Assembly (NCBI RefSeq): GCF_964194155.1
Contig: NC_135897.1
Span: 77,872,001-77,936,000 of the forward strand
Reading direction: 5' to 3'
Source of the DNA: Cetorhinus maximus
Lineage: Eukaryota
DNA length: 64,000 nt
Part shown: positions 1 through 12,059 of the stretch, one piece after another
Numbering within the stretch: position 1 is the stretch's first letter
Layout: each line of letters starts with the position of its first letter
Notes under the pieces: generated by a model
The model's database searches: none
What the model was told of the DNA's origin: nothing
What the model saw: the letters and a program-made list of their open reading frames with translations, nothing else
Program-made: the position numbers and the translations under genes

Positions 1-814
1 AATTAAAAACCATGGGAATCTAGACTGGAATAGGGGACAGAACAAGAGGTCGGTTACAAAAGTAGCAAACTGAAAGAAGTCATGAGAGGCACAGGGGGAA
101 TTTTAACCTGGAGAGCATAAGTTTGTGTGCAGGAGTGAGGTAAAAACTTTGAAATATGGAAGCACATGGGAATCTGGCTCCAACTACCGTGTTTAACTGG
201 AATCTGTCAGATTTCTTGTTTTCAATCCCCACGACAGAAGCAGGCTGATTGTTGACGTATACTAAGTGCTCAAATGAAATGATACTTCAACTGACTTTCA
301 AATTTAATGGCACATCCATGGGTTTCCATGTGTTGTAACCAGTGAAAACAAGGTCAGAATACAAGATGACTGAGGGGCTGATTCAAACTCATGGAAATGC
401 TGCACTAAATCTTCAGTCCTTACAACTCCTTACTTAACTACTGGTGAGTACTTTTGCTGAAAGTTTCCTTTATACACTCAAGAGGTTGTTCTGAATCACA
501 TCAGGATGAGTGGCGCTTTGGTTGCCTTAGATTGATATCTAGGCAAAACGCAATATGACCAGCACATGAGCATCAATAACAGCCTGCTGCTCAGAAACCT
601 GTAACGGCATATCGGAGAGGGGAGCAGCAAAGGGGTGCAGTTTTCAGGAGACACTATCTGAAATACAGGCTGCACAGGGTGAATTTCCTTGACATGTCAG
701 AGCAGCAGTGACTCAGGGGATTCAGCTTGTCATGTCACCTTGTGGCAACCAGCTGCAACCTAATAAAATACCTGCTACCTGCTGGTCTGTGATGATGTCA
801 GTCAAAATGAGTGG

Positions 815-1215
815 GTGTTCGGGACTGCATCTCTGGCTGACTTCCCACAGGTTCAGGGTGTCGACTGCCCACACATGGTAATCCAGGCATCCAAGATCAA
901 CCAGGGGTATTCGTCAACTCTGCAAGGGCTTCCACTTTATTTATGTGCAGCTGGTGTGAAACTACAAAAAGATATTTTTGTAGGCGTGCAGAAGATTCCT
1001 GGGGAGTTGCCATGTTCCTTTCATCCTGGGAAAGCACACTTAAGCAGTAGACGCGAAGAGTCAAGGGATGCCTAATTCAAACCTGGCCGATGACAGCTGT
1101 CTGAAATCTGACCAGTGAATCACCACTAGAAGTACAATCGAACAAGGAATCAGCATGTTGAAGATGTGATTCCACTGCCTGGACAGATTAGGAGATGCCC
1201 TTCTTTAACCATCAG
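815..1215 (+). pseudogene. Decayed PIF/Harbinger DDE transposase (DDE_Tnp_4/HARBI1-like) fragment
   Basis: Across frameshifts and stops it translates to FPQVQG-VDCPH, KGFHFIYVQLV, FLGSCHVPFIL and RSTIEQGISMLKM*FHCLDRLGDALL. These match the Harbinger motifs FPxVxGAIDCTH, RKGFHSxNVQ, PGSxHDxxIL and RxxIExxxGxLKxRFRCLD. Confidence 0.85.
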
Positions 1216-1231
1216 GGTGGGTATCCAGAGA

Positions 1232-1326
1232 GTGGAGCTATGGTTCAGTGGGTAGCACTCTTGTCTCAGTGAGAAGGTCGTGCATGGGTCCAGGTCCTAC
1301 TCCAGGGATTTAAGCACAAAAGTCTG
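1232..1326 (+). mobile_element. tRNA-derived head of SacSINE1/DeuSINE-type SINE
   Basis: tggttcagtgggtagcactcttgtctcagtgagaagg...cctactccagggatttaagcaca; homologous to the SINE heads at 4229 and 31856. Confidence 0.7.
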
Positions 1327-1426
1327 GAAGGCAGCTCACCACCGCCTTCTCAAGGGCAATTAGAGATGGGCAATAACTGCTGGCCTCGCCAAAGGCTCCC
1401 ACATACCATGATCGAATACAAAAAAT
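1327..1426 (+). mobile_element. 3' tail of CR1-clade LINE-B
   Basis: aaggcagctcaccaccgccttctcaagggcaattagagatgggcaataactgctggcc...aaaaaa; same tail at 17602(-), 37707, 52010 and 52660. Confidence 0.85.
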
Positions 1427-2544
1427 ATGAATGGGGATGGAGAAGAGCCATCAACTAATATTATGGCGACCCCATGTAACATGGGGAAAAGGAGAGAGAA
1501 TGGGATAATAGGGGATACAACACCACTTTTAAAGTTAAAGTTGCTGTATTTGTGCAGTAAATACAAACTAAACCTGCCATAGATATTGAGAGAGACACTG
1601 TGTCCGACTAGGAGGGCCAATGCCTCCAGCATTGCGATGGATCAGAATTTGATGTCCATTTTGCCTAGCACGGACCTGCCATTTGTCATGTCTTATTGAT
1701 TGACTCATAGCTGATGACAGAAGCAATGTAGCAACTAAAAACAAGGCAAGTGGCTGGGAAACTGCCAATGTGAGGGACTGCTGAGGACTTAGGAAAACAA
1801 ACAATTCTGAATGACTGTTGGGAGAACCTAACAATAAAGTAATAATGGATGTTGTGGCTGCTTGAATGTCACCATATTATTTATAATGCACGTAGGTTTC
1901 ATTTTTGTACTTACCACATGTATACTTTCCTGGTTGAGCTCATCATCTGGGTTTACGCCCACCCTGTTACACAAAGAAAATGACGAGAATCAGTGAAGGG
2001 ACCACTTAGTGATCTACAGCCTTCTATGCCTGTGCCTTCATTGCAGCATCCCTTAAACCTGACCCCAAGTGCGAGCTTTCAAATTCTTTTGTGATTTTGT
2101 GACTACTTTTACACAGTGAAGAATTTGGCTCCATTTGCTTAATCAAATGCATTTTTCCCCTCATCTTTCGCTGTCAGCAGAAGGATGAAGCTGTCATGGA
2201 AATATTGGGTTTCTGACTAATCACTTTGGAAATACTGGAGCCTTAAACAGACTGATCATCATTATTTCAGGGAAAAGCATCAATGTTTAAAATGGGAATC
2301 ACATGACCAAAATTTGTACCGAGATAGGAGTATTGTTTGAAGCATCAATAATTATGTGGCAGCAAATATGATGCTCCTTGACCGATTATTTTTGAAGTAA
2401 CCCGTGCTGAGAACTTTACCCGCATTAAAAAATCCTCAACATAGCAACACCACCCCTTATATTCTGCATTTATACAACAGCACTGCCACTTAATCATTTC
2501 CTTTCACCTGCAACGTCCACGGTGCAGAAAGATCACAAGAACAG

Positions 2545-2866
2545 AGTCCTACAACCTTCTGGGATCTCTGTGCTCCTCTAATTCTGGCCTGTTGAGCATC
2601 TCTGATTCCAACTGCTTCACCTTTGGTGGCTGTGCCTTCAGCTGCTAAAGCTCTAGACTCTGGAATTCATGCCCTCAACCTCTCTTTCCTCCTTTAAGAC
2701 GTTCCTTAAAACCTACCTCTCTGGCCAATCTTTTGGTCACCTGATCAGCTAATGTCTCCTTATGTGGCTCAGTGTCCCAAACTTTGTTTGATAATGCTCC
2801 TGTGAAGAGCCCTGGGACATTTTGCTATATGTTAAAGGTGCTATATAAATGCAACTTGTTACTGTT
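2545..2866 (+). mobile_element. L2-type LINE 3' end
   Basis: ggtggctgtgccttcagctg...ctctggaattc...cctttaagacgttccttaaaacctacctc...gtgaagagccctgggac...ggtgctatataaatgcaacttgtt; homologous to 38992 and 39403. Confidence 0.75.
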
Positions 2867-3147
2867 TCACTGTTATCCTTGAATAACAATACATGGATAA
2901 TCTTATTTCTTTGTTGCCAAAAGCACTCTGTTCAACAAAGTGAACCAGTTGAATATTAAAGTAACAACACTGTATTCACCATTTCAAGTAGAGGTGTGTC
3001 TCTATTATAAACGAGGAATAAGGGACCTTGGCTGCAACTGGGATGCCTTACAACATTACATCTTCAGAAACATGACAGATGTTCATGTTTTAGAAAACAG
3101 ACCTTTCTTGCAGAGATGCAATATTATTTGACAGCATCAGCACATTT

Positions 3148-3850
3148 GGCCAGGATTTTGTTGTATTAATAATTGAGTTGTCAATTTACTCTTATTACTG
3201 AGTAAAACTGACAGCATCTTCTGCCATCTGCACGTGTGGTTAAACGCAGAAATCCAGATGTTGCTATCAGTGACACCCTGTTCCTCCATAGGCTGTGACA
3301 TTGCAGGCCTTGCTAATGGAATCTGAAAAGATCAGTGTCACGGCATGAACTTAAGCTAATTACTCACTGTCACCACAACTGAAGATTTATGGAAATATAA
3401 GTCTTGTTCAATCAGGAGTAACTGAGATTTTAACAAGCGTTGTTCACCTACTGCTGAACAACCTCTCTAGCCCTGAAAAATATTTCACAAGTTGAAGTCT
3501 CATTTCTCAGAAGAAAATTGTTTCAGATTTTGAAAATAAAATTAAAATTAAAGAAATTCTATTTTTATATAGTTTTTGCTTTGCTCGTTTAAATGAATGT
3601 AATTTATTTTTCTTGTTTTGTTCATTTCCTACTTTGCTGTCCATGAGGATGTTTTAATCTGATTGGTTGTAAAGCTTTACTGCTTTCCATGCTCACAGCT
3701 GCCACAGTTCTTTTGTAGAGGGCGTTGAATTCAAAGCGACACTGGAAGACTGGAAACCTGCGCTGACAAGTCTGCTAAAATTCTGTAGGCAGCTGTATGC
3801 GAGGTGAATGGCGAAACTGCCCCTTCGCTGCTGTGAGGAAAATTCAGGCC
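3148..3850. mobile_element. Old non-autonomous Harbinger-like element (MITE)
   Basis: Imperfect TIRs ggccaggatttt ... aaaattcaggcc, of the GGGYYGRATTTT class seen elsewhere in the window; TSD not clear. Confidence 0.45.
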
Positions 3851-4228
3851 AGAGTCTTGGTGAGAGCCCCATTCATGCCTTAATTCCTATTACTGCTTTT
3901 GCATTAATTCACTGGAAACCATCTGTACATGAGTACCGAGAGCATGTAGTGGTGTGTATGCTCGATTCAAACTGCCCAAAAATATTTTCCACTCTTCTGG
4001 AAGACAAAAGGGGTGAACTTAAAACTTTAGTGAGGGTGGAAAATTGACAACAGTGAATCAGCGGCCCATTGCACACTCTGCCCAATTTTCCCATGTTCTT
4101 TATCCACGGATAGGTCTACGTGCTCTTACTACTACTTCTTCAATGCCTAAGGACTGAGCCTGGCCCTTTCATAGTCAGTATGGCTCCTTATCAGACTGGC
4201 CAGATCCTTTTACCAACTAAAGGTATCT

Positions 4229-4276
4229 GCTTGGCTCAGTAATAGCCCTCTCATCTCTGAATCAGAAGGTTGTAAG
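4229..4276 (+). mobile_element. SacSINE1-type SINE head (5' part)
   Basis: ttggctcagtaatagccctctcatctctgaatcagaaggttgtaag, stopping just before the B box. Confidence 0.65.
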
Positions 4277-5010
4277 GACCATAGGAACATAGGAAATAGG
4301 AGCAGGAGTTGGCCATTTGGCCTATCGAGCCTGCTCTACCGTTCAAACATAACATGGCTGGTCATCTACCTCTATGCCATTTTTCCCCACTATTGCCACA
4401 TCCCTTGATGTCATTAGTATCCAGAAATCTATTGATTTCTGTCTTGAACATGCTCAATGATTGAGCTTTCACAGACCTTTGGGGTAGGGATTTACTACGT
4501 GAAGAAATTCCTCCTTACCTCAGTCTTAAATGGCCTGCCCCTTATCCTGAGACTGTGTCCCCTGGTTCTAGACTCACCAGCCAGGGGAAACATCCTATCC
4601 ACATTTACCCTGTCACACCCTGTAAGAATTTTGTAAGTTTCAATGAGATCTCCTCTCTTCTTCGAAACTCGAGAGAATACGGGCTCAGTTTCCCCAATCT
4701 CTCATTATGGGAAAATCCTGCCATCCTAGGGATTAGTCTGGTGAACCTTTGTTGCACTTAGTCTATGGCAAGTACATCTTTCCTTAGATAAGGAGACCAA
4801 AACTGTACACAATACTCGAGGTGGGGTCTCACCAAGGCTCTATACAGTTGCAGCGGGGCATCTTTACTCCTGCATTCAAATCCCCTTGCAATGAAGGCCA
4901 ACATATCATTTGCCTTCCTAATCGCTTGCTGCACCTGCATGCTAGTTTTTAGTGACTCATTAACAATGACACCCATGTTCCTTTGGACATCCACACTTCC
5001 AACCTCTCAC
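4277..5010 (-). mobile_element. CR1/HER1 LINE, 5'-truncated (ORF2 C-terminus and 3' UTR)
   Basis: ORF 4758..4994 LYRALVRPHLEYCVQFWSPYLRKDV is a CR1 ORF2 motif; short-repeat tail gaccataggaacatagg. Confidence 0.9.
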
Positions 5011-5029
5011 TTTCGCAGCCACATCACCC

Positions 5030-5560
5030 AACCAAATTATGGGACAAGGCGGTGCACAACTGGAGGCAACAGGATCTAACGAGAGGGGGGCATGCCTGCA
5101 TGTCCTGACCCCCATGGAGGAGACGGTGCTCGCCATTATTCAGTCGCCTATTGCTGACACTTTGGTCTGCAGAGGTGTTGAAACCATTGAAGTTGATGGT
5201 AGCATATCTAGTCCTCATTGTCACATCCCACTTCCCCCTCATCCCACACTCTCTTCTGATTTACAAGCTGCAGATGGTGTAAGCATGCGCCACCCCACCC
5301 CACCTCCTCCCCCCTGCACAATTCATACGGCTGCTTGTCTTTCATTGTGCACCGGATCAGCTATGTGATCAGCAGATAGAACTTGTCACCCAGAAGCCAC
5401 CTTTTGGTTTGCCATGGTGGCTCAAATGCTGCTGGCACAGCAGAGTGCTTCAGAGTGAAGACATCATGACTGCTGCCAGGATAGTGGACATTGATTTGCA
5501 AGATTCACTGTGTATGGTTGCACAACAGCTGGACAGTAAAGGAGTAGAATTCTTTTTGGT
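5030..5560 (+). pseudogene. Harbinger Myb/SANT-like (NAIF1/MSANTD-like) accessory gene fragment
   Basis: DKAVHNWRQQ...LHVLTPMEETVLAII. The DNA and the following intron (catcccacttccccctcatcccacactctcttctgatttacaagctg) align with 22018-22260. Confidence 0.7.
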
Positions 5561-5949
5561 TCCAGTATATGGCAGAGTCGACATGCAGTGTCCTCAAAGT
5601 GATGTGCATGCAGTTAATGGTTCCCTGCGCCACGGGAAAGTCTGCAATACTAGCAGAGCCACTCTCTACCTGCTCACTCTACCAGCTTTTCTCTTGCAAG
5701 AGTGATTGAAACATAGTTAGCTCTCAATGAATGGAGAGCCTCCGTAATCTCCCTTATGCAACAGTGGACAGCAAATTGCAAGATGCTCCAGCCTGGAAGA
5801 AGCCAGATGCATAAAGGTTCACCACCACAGTCACGTTGACGGCCACTAGCAATGCTGTCCTTGCCCTGCTCTGAGGTTCCAGTTGTGTTTGCAGCAGGTG
5901 GCAGATTTCAGTGACATTGTCCTTTTTATGTAAGAGTAGGTATCTCCTT

Positions 5950-6159
5950 TGTCACAATTCAGATAGCCAACTAGCGAAGGATAGAACTGGAGCCTGATCT
6001 TTACACTCTTTATTTACAGAGAGACACATTACAAACATACACCTCCAAGCCCAGCAACCATAGTTTCAGTCTGTTCCTGTATATAGGAGCATTAATGAAT
6101 CCCCAGTTAATGTCCACTGTATGGATGCAATTGAACACCCAATTAATATATAAATAACA
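5950..6159 (-). mobile_element. Short solo-LTR-like element
   Basis: TGTC...TAACA termini, minus-strand AATAAA, clear homology to 56511-56728 (gatagaactgg, tttatttacagag, ccccagttaatg, caattaatatata); no clean TSD. Confidence 0.55.
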
Positions 6160-6280
6160 TCTCACATTGTTCCTTGCTGAGGTTCGGGGAAGTGAATTAC
6201 CTCCTGAACACCGTGTGCAGATATGTTATCCTACTCGGAGTCTTTCTCCCACTCCTCCTCCTCTCTCTTCCAGTAGTTTA

Positions 6281-6690
6281 GTTCAAGTTCTGCAGTATGG
6301 ACCTGAGCACAGAATCTGGGCTGACACTCCAACACAACACTCCAAACTGTTGGAGGTGCCACCTTTTGGATGATACGTTAAGCCAGGGGCCCATCTCCTT
6401 CTCAGGGGGACGTAAAGATCCCATGATACCGCTTTGAAGAGCAGCAAGGGAGTACTCGCTGGTATCCTGGCCAACATTTACCCCTTAGCCAAAATCACCA
6501 AAACAGATTATCTGGTTATTATCATATTGCTATTTTTAGGACCTTGCTGTGCATAAATTGGCTGCCATGTTTCCAACATTACAACAGGGGGAACGCCTCA
6601 AGAAAATTGTACTTCACTAGTGGTAAAAGCACTTTGCAATATCCTAAAGTCATGAATGAGGCTATATAAATGTCACTTCTTTTCTTCTGT
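6281..6690 (+). mobile_element. SacSINE1/DeuSINE-type SINE body and tail
   Basis: gttcaag...ggaggtgccaccttttggatga...aaagatcccatg...cttgctgtgcataaattggctgcc...gctatataaatg (Deu-type core plus L2-like tail). Confidence 0.85.
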
Positions 6691-7523
6691 AAGCAACTGG
6701 GGTTAATTTACTCTGCCTTAAAATGAAACGTGTGCATTCTAAGAGTTTTTATATTGTAAAGACAATTTCTCTTCTGCTACGATTGGATGTTTGGAGACTA
6801 TTTTTATCCTAAACGAATAAATCTGAACTAGTTTGTAAATTAGCTTGGAAGATGCCGACATTTTTTCTCTGACAAGACACATTTGCAAGTTGCTGAGGAA
6901 TTTAATTAAGGACCACAGCATATTTACAGACTGAAAAGCTGCTGACACTGTAGGCACAAGAAGTATCTGAAAAGAAAAGATGCTATCAGCATTTCTACTG
7001 GAGTTTTATATTCAGACACTGCATCAGCAACTGAGCAGAGCAAAAGTGACGGCCACAAGCCAAAGCTAACTCTTGTTCTTGATGCGCGTGCTTTCCCTAC
7101 TTTGTGCACATTGTGCATCAGGTGTTAACCTACCTTCAGTTCTACATATAAACAACTAACACTTCTTCAAACATTAGAAGACAATAAAGAGTGAGCACAA
7201 AGCAGGAGAGAAAGACTTTGAAAGCCATGGTCAAGGTGAAGAGTCTTTGTTGGCTTTTGAAACAAAAAAAAGGAAAGTGACATGGTGCAGGCTGTTGAGA
7301 GAGGGAGTTTGAGGGCAAGGAATACATTAGCAGGAGATGGTGCTAAAACGGAAAGAGCAATTTAGCGTCAAGGGAATTAGGAGTGTGTGCAAAGACATGC
7401 AGCTGAAAGAAATCACAGCAGTAGGATGGCGGGGAGGTGGGGGCGGGTGCAAGGCCTAGATGAGATCTGAAAATGTGGAAAAGGATTTTTCTGATATGAC
7501 AGCACTTTCCCTCTGGACACTGC

Positions 7524-8039
7524 AGGTGGTATTTAATGGAGGCAATGGGGGTCTCACTTGCTGGCCGGAGAGATGGCAAGAGCCCCACATCGCCCCTTCT
7601 AAGGAAGGCCTGCCATTTTAAGTGCCACTCAATTGTACAACCACAGGCCTTCCCCCAGGATCAAAGACCCTGGGAGCAGGAGTCTTACCTGCTGGACAAT
7701 TAGAGGCTGGACAATTAGAGGCTGGCTACTCTATTGAACAGAAGTGCCACCAGGAAGGTGGTGGCTGCTGCCAGAACACCACCCAACTGAGGCCCAATAT
7801 TGCGTGGTTGGGGGAGGGAGGTTGCTCTCAGCAGGCACCACAGTTCCTGATGCCAGGTCCATCAATCGGGCACCGAGAGCCTTTGAACGAGGGACCCACC
7901 CCCACCGAGCCTGCAAGTAAACTTGCATTGGTTTGTGGGTCACGCTCCCCACCTGCTACTGGGTTAATATCAGCGGCAGTGGGATGGGGGCCTTAAATGG
8001 GTGGAAACTCGTCATGGGGGAGGGCATTAAATTCCACCC
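7524..8039. mobile_element. Harbinger-type MITE
   Basis: TIRs aggtggtatttaatg / cattaaattccaccc; 3-bp flanks tgc/tac; internal 15-bp tandem duplication gctggacaattagag x2. Confidence 0.7.
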
Positions 8040-9479
8040 TACGTATGCATTACTGAACCAATTCAATTGTATTGGTGTGCAATTTTCAACTGCTGGTTAC
8101 CTATTTCAAATCTGCAAACTGGACAGCTGATAACTGAAAATCAGGGGAAGCGCCTCATTGGCTCCAGTGATGTCAAAGGTCCGTTTGAAGAAATATTCAA
8201 GTGGGTCCAGGAATAGGTGAGTTGCCCGCCCTGACTGAAGCAGCCAGCTTAAATTCTGAAAATCAGAGTCTCATGCTGATCTAGACTGTGACATGCATGT
8301 ATTGATCAGTAAAGTGTGTGTGTTGCACAAGTTCTGCCCAGTTGCACGTGGTGTTAAATGGCATCTCTTAAAGGCTCAAAAAATGGTACTGAAAGCTTCC
8401 AACGTTTCTATTGGTGGGTCCAGGAGCTCACCCACCTGATAACCTCCAACCTCTCCCCAGGCCCAAGCTGCTGTTCGGGTTAACATGCAGCCCCTGTAGC
8501 TGCAGCTCGTCGCTGGCATTTTAATGAGGCCCGAAGCTCACACCAGCATGAACAGCTCTACTTGAATATCAACCCTTGGCTGTTCAATGACAGGAGTGCC
8601 CCATTTACGAAATGATCCAAGTCTATTCTTGGTATCCTGCAAGATGACAGCTGTAACACATTTGGCCGATTCCCACTTGGACGTTTTGCGGTCAAGCTTT
8701 TGGGGGGCAGGCCAGTCAACACATGCATCTGGTTTCTTACTCAGCAACCATTCCATTTCTGCAGACATTTGAGAGTTTTCTCACTCTTTGAAAACTCCCT
8801 AATTGATGTTATGGGTACTGATTATTTCAAGTAGAGGACAAAAAAAAACGTACAAGCTATTTGTTTTGACAGAGATTGATCACAAGCAGATAAACTAAAT
8901 AAGATATCTGTATATGAGGCAGGGCCACATTTGTACACCTTAGTTTCCTGACTAGAATCGTTATAGTTTGTTAGCTTCTTTTTCCTCCCCACAATAATGA
9001 TCTCCACTTCCAAACAGCTGACTCCCAAAACTGTGGCCTCTAACCTTCTGGGAACTTGTTCAAAAATTTCAGTAAATTAGAGGTTAGCTACTCTCGTGGT
9101 GCATCACGTTAATGCTGCATTACCTTGTGACAAAAATATTAAAGTGTGTGGGTTTTTCTGCAGTTTCTAACCAACATTAGTGAATGAATAAAAGAACAGC
9201 TTATCTGAATGCCTAACAGTTCTTTAAAAAGCCGCATTAATTATGTTAGAGCAGCAGGGTACCTCTATTATTTAAACAGGCAATGGCATTTGACACCAGC
9301 TTAGGAAAAGGGGAAAAAGAACAAAAAAAAAGGTTGATTGAATTTATTATCGCAACACAATTTTTGACTGTGATTGGTTGGGCGGGGGGGTTGTGGGGTG
9401 GGGGGAGGGGGGTGCGGGATTCCATTTCCTCCCTTTATTTGTCTTCAAAAAAAAAAAGCATGTTTTATGTCTTGCTTTT

Positions 9480-9700
9480 CATAGGAACAGGAGGCAGCCA
9501 TGCCGTCCCTACAGCCTGCTGTGTTATTCAGTCAAAAATGGCTGACCTGTACCTCAACTCCATTTATCTGTCTCACCTCCATTTCCCTTCGCGCTCTTAC
9601 AAAAATCTATCAAGCTCAGTCTTCCAATTATCTCAACGTCCACAGGAAGGGGCAGAATTTCACGTTTTTACCATCTTTAGGACTACACGCAAAAGGGATT
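9480..9700 (-). mobile_element. Degenerate CR1/HER1 3' end
   Basis: cataggaacaggaggcagcc...aaaatggctgacctgtacctcaactcc...aaaaatctatcaagctcagtctt. Confidence 0.6.
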
Positions 9701-9739
9701 GAACAATTTTTCCAAAGCAATGACGTAGAAGTTGGGAGA

Positions 9740-10170
9740 AAGCCATACTAAAACTGTGCAGGCCTCTGGTCTATACTTTGTGTACTATGTCCACACCGGT
9801 CACAGAGACACAATATAGCCTTGGAAGCTCCAGAAGAGCCACTAGGCACATCCTGCATGAGAAGGTTTAATCGTGAGGGAGGGATAAAAAAAAACGTAAG
9901 AATTGTGGGGTTTTTTAAATCCTTGATGCAAAGGGAATCTCATATACAAATAATATTATAAACAGTATTGAAAAGACAAATCAGGGACACAACTTTTAAG
10001 TTAAGTACCACAATGGGGCCACAGGCTCAAGCTGACAAGGGCAAACTCAGAACCGATGTATGGAAATGCTTCTTCACAGAAAGAGCCAAATTAATTGGGC
10101 TTCAGGGTGGGGTAGGTCGGGGCAAGTAGAAACCATGAAATTATTCAAAAGCTACTGCACCCTTTGAAGA
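9740..10170 (+). mobile_element. Highly degenerate CR1 ORF2 3' fragment
   Basis: aaaactgtgcaggcctctggt...tgtactatgtcc...gccttggaag...cttcttcacagaaagag; colinear with the CR1 C-terminus. Confidence 0.5.
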
Positions 10171-11329
10171 GCGGGTCATAAGGGGCAGATTTTTCTCTTA
10201 CTGCACTTGGGTGTAAAGGATTGTCAGGGTGCAGCCTGTGGGAAACATCAAAGGAGAAGATTAATCATGTACAATGCAGCCCATCCAATTCCTTATTGTG
10301 GATTATGATTCACCTTGCTTGATTTTCATCTATGTGCTGCAGCCAGGAGATTCTTCATGTCCAAGTGTAACAAGATGAAAATCTGACCCAAGTTCTTGCC
10401 CAGATGGAAAATCAAAATGCTTTTTGTATCTACGTCTTGTGATCTTGTGAATGACACTGGTGTACCAGGTAAAGTGATGAGCCTAAACATTCCACCCTTT
10501 AGATATAGCATCCTTTATGTGGGGAACAGGAACCTGAAGCAGGACCAAAAATCTATGCTCATTAAGTCGCCAAATTAAAACAAACTGAAGCACCATTATT
10601 TCTCCATCATTTGTCAAGTACTATCCATTCTCTAGAGGCTAACAATGTATTTATTTTTTGACTCTACTTTCCATTTAACATCAAAATATTTAAATTATTG
10701 CATTTACAATCTATTTCTGCTCACAACAAACTTCTTCTCAATTAATCACTGCCCTCAAGAATCCACATGCTTGATGTAATTTCTTGCTATGATGTTATAT
10801 TAAAAAAGGGGCTACTGGACAGTGAAAGAGCTATCTGAACCCGACAATACTTTTCATTGACCTGTATAACAAACAACATAAATGGGGGTTTGCTTTAACT
10901 ATTAACAGTAACAACCTGGGCTTGTGTAAGCAAATACAGAACAGGGAGTAGCTACAATCGATAACCTCCAAAGCAGGGATACAAACCTTCTTCCCCAAAG
11001 GTTCCCTGAGGCATTGTAATCTGTTCATCTTGTCTATTTATGTATCCAAGTATATATGTTATAAATGTCTGTTTGTCTTGTAAAATGTTCACTCGAGAAG
11101 GGTAAAGATGGATTTAAACAGGCTGGTAGGAGCATGGATCTTTGTAAAGATTAGGGCTCTTGCTAGAATTAAGAATTAATATGAGAGGTATGCTTAGAGA
11201 AGGCAGTGGATCATTTTTACTTTTATCGTTTGCCAGATCACATTGTACTGTTACAGGGTTTAACGGTTATAAAATAAAAACAGGATCATGCTTAGATTAG
11301 TGTCATCACTCAACTGATCATCCAACATT

Positions 11330-11885
11330 ACCCCTTCATCCGCACACACTGAATTCAAAACCCTAATATCTACCATTTAAACCCTAAATAAACCAGGCCT
11401 GATAGTGTTCTCTCAAAGACTAAATAAACCAGTTCTGGTAATATCCTCACTAAATAAATAAATGTCCTCAGTGAACCAATCCTGATAATATCCCCATACA
11501 TCCTGAACAAAATAACTGATATCCCATCAACTCCTAAACAAACAGGGCCTGATAATCCCTTACATGTGCTGAGTAAATCAATCCCTCTAACCTCTTTATG
11601 TAGCTTGAGTAAACAGGGCCTGATAAACCTTCACATAAAATGAGTTATTCAACCCTGCTAATCTCTGCATACACCCTGCATAAACCAATCCAGATAATCC
11701 CTTTAAAAACACAGAATGAACCAGTCCAAATAATTTACTCACTCAAACTGAATATATCAGACCAGAAAATCCCCCCATTTATGCTAAAATAGGCTTGATA
11801 ATCCCCTCATAGATTGAAAAGTATACTTGATAATCCCCTCACATATGCTAAATAACACAACATAACATCCCCTCACAACATAATT
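11330..11885. repeat. Old degenerate minisatellite, ~35-bp unit, ~15 copies
   Basis: Recurring unit approx TGAATAAACCAGNCCTGATAATCCCCTCACA.., e.g. taaacaaacagggcctgataatccctt, tgagtaaacagggcctgataaacctt, tgcataaaccaatccagataatccctt. Confidence 0.8.
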
Positions 11886-12059
11886 CAATCTCGAGAGTCC
11901 CATGCAACTCTCTTCATTGTGATCACCATGGGATTAGAGTGGAAACCTAACGAAGGAGAAGAAATGTATTGTTTTGAACAGGAGAAGAAAATAAAACACA
12001 GAATGGATGAAAGAAGAGCCACGACTTCATTTGACAGGATTGTTAATTATTATGGAGCA

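Noticed and set aside
11330-11885. CRISPR-like periodicity (~35 bp)
   Set aside because: No invariant repeat with unique spacers, no cas genes, eukaryotic context; the whole unit is a diverged tandem repeat.
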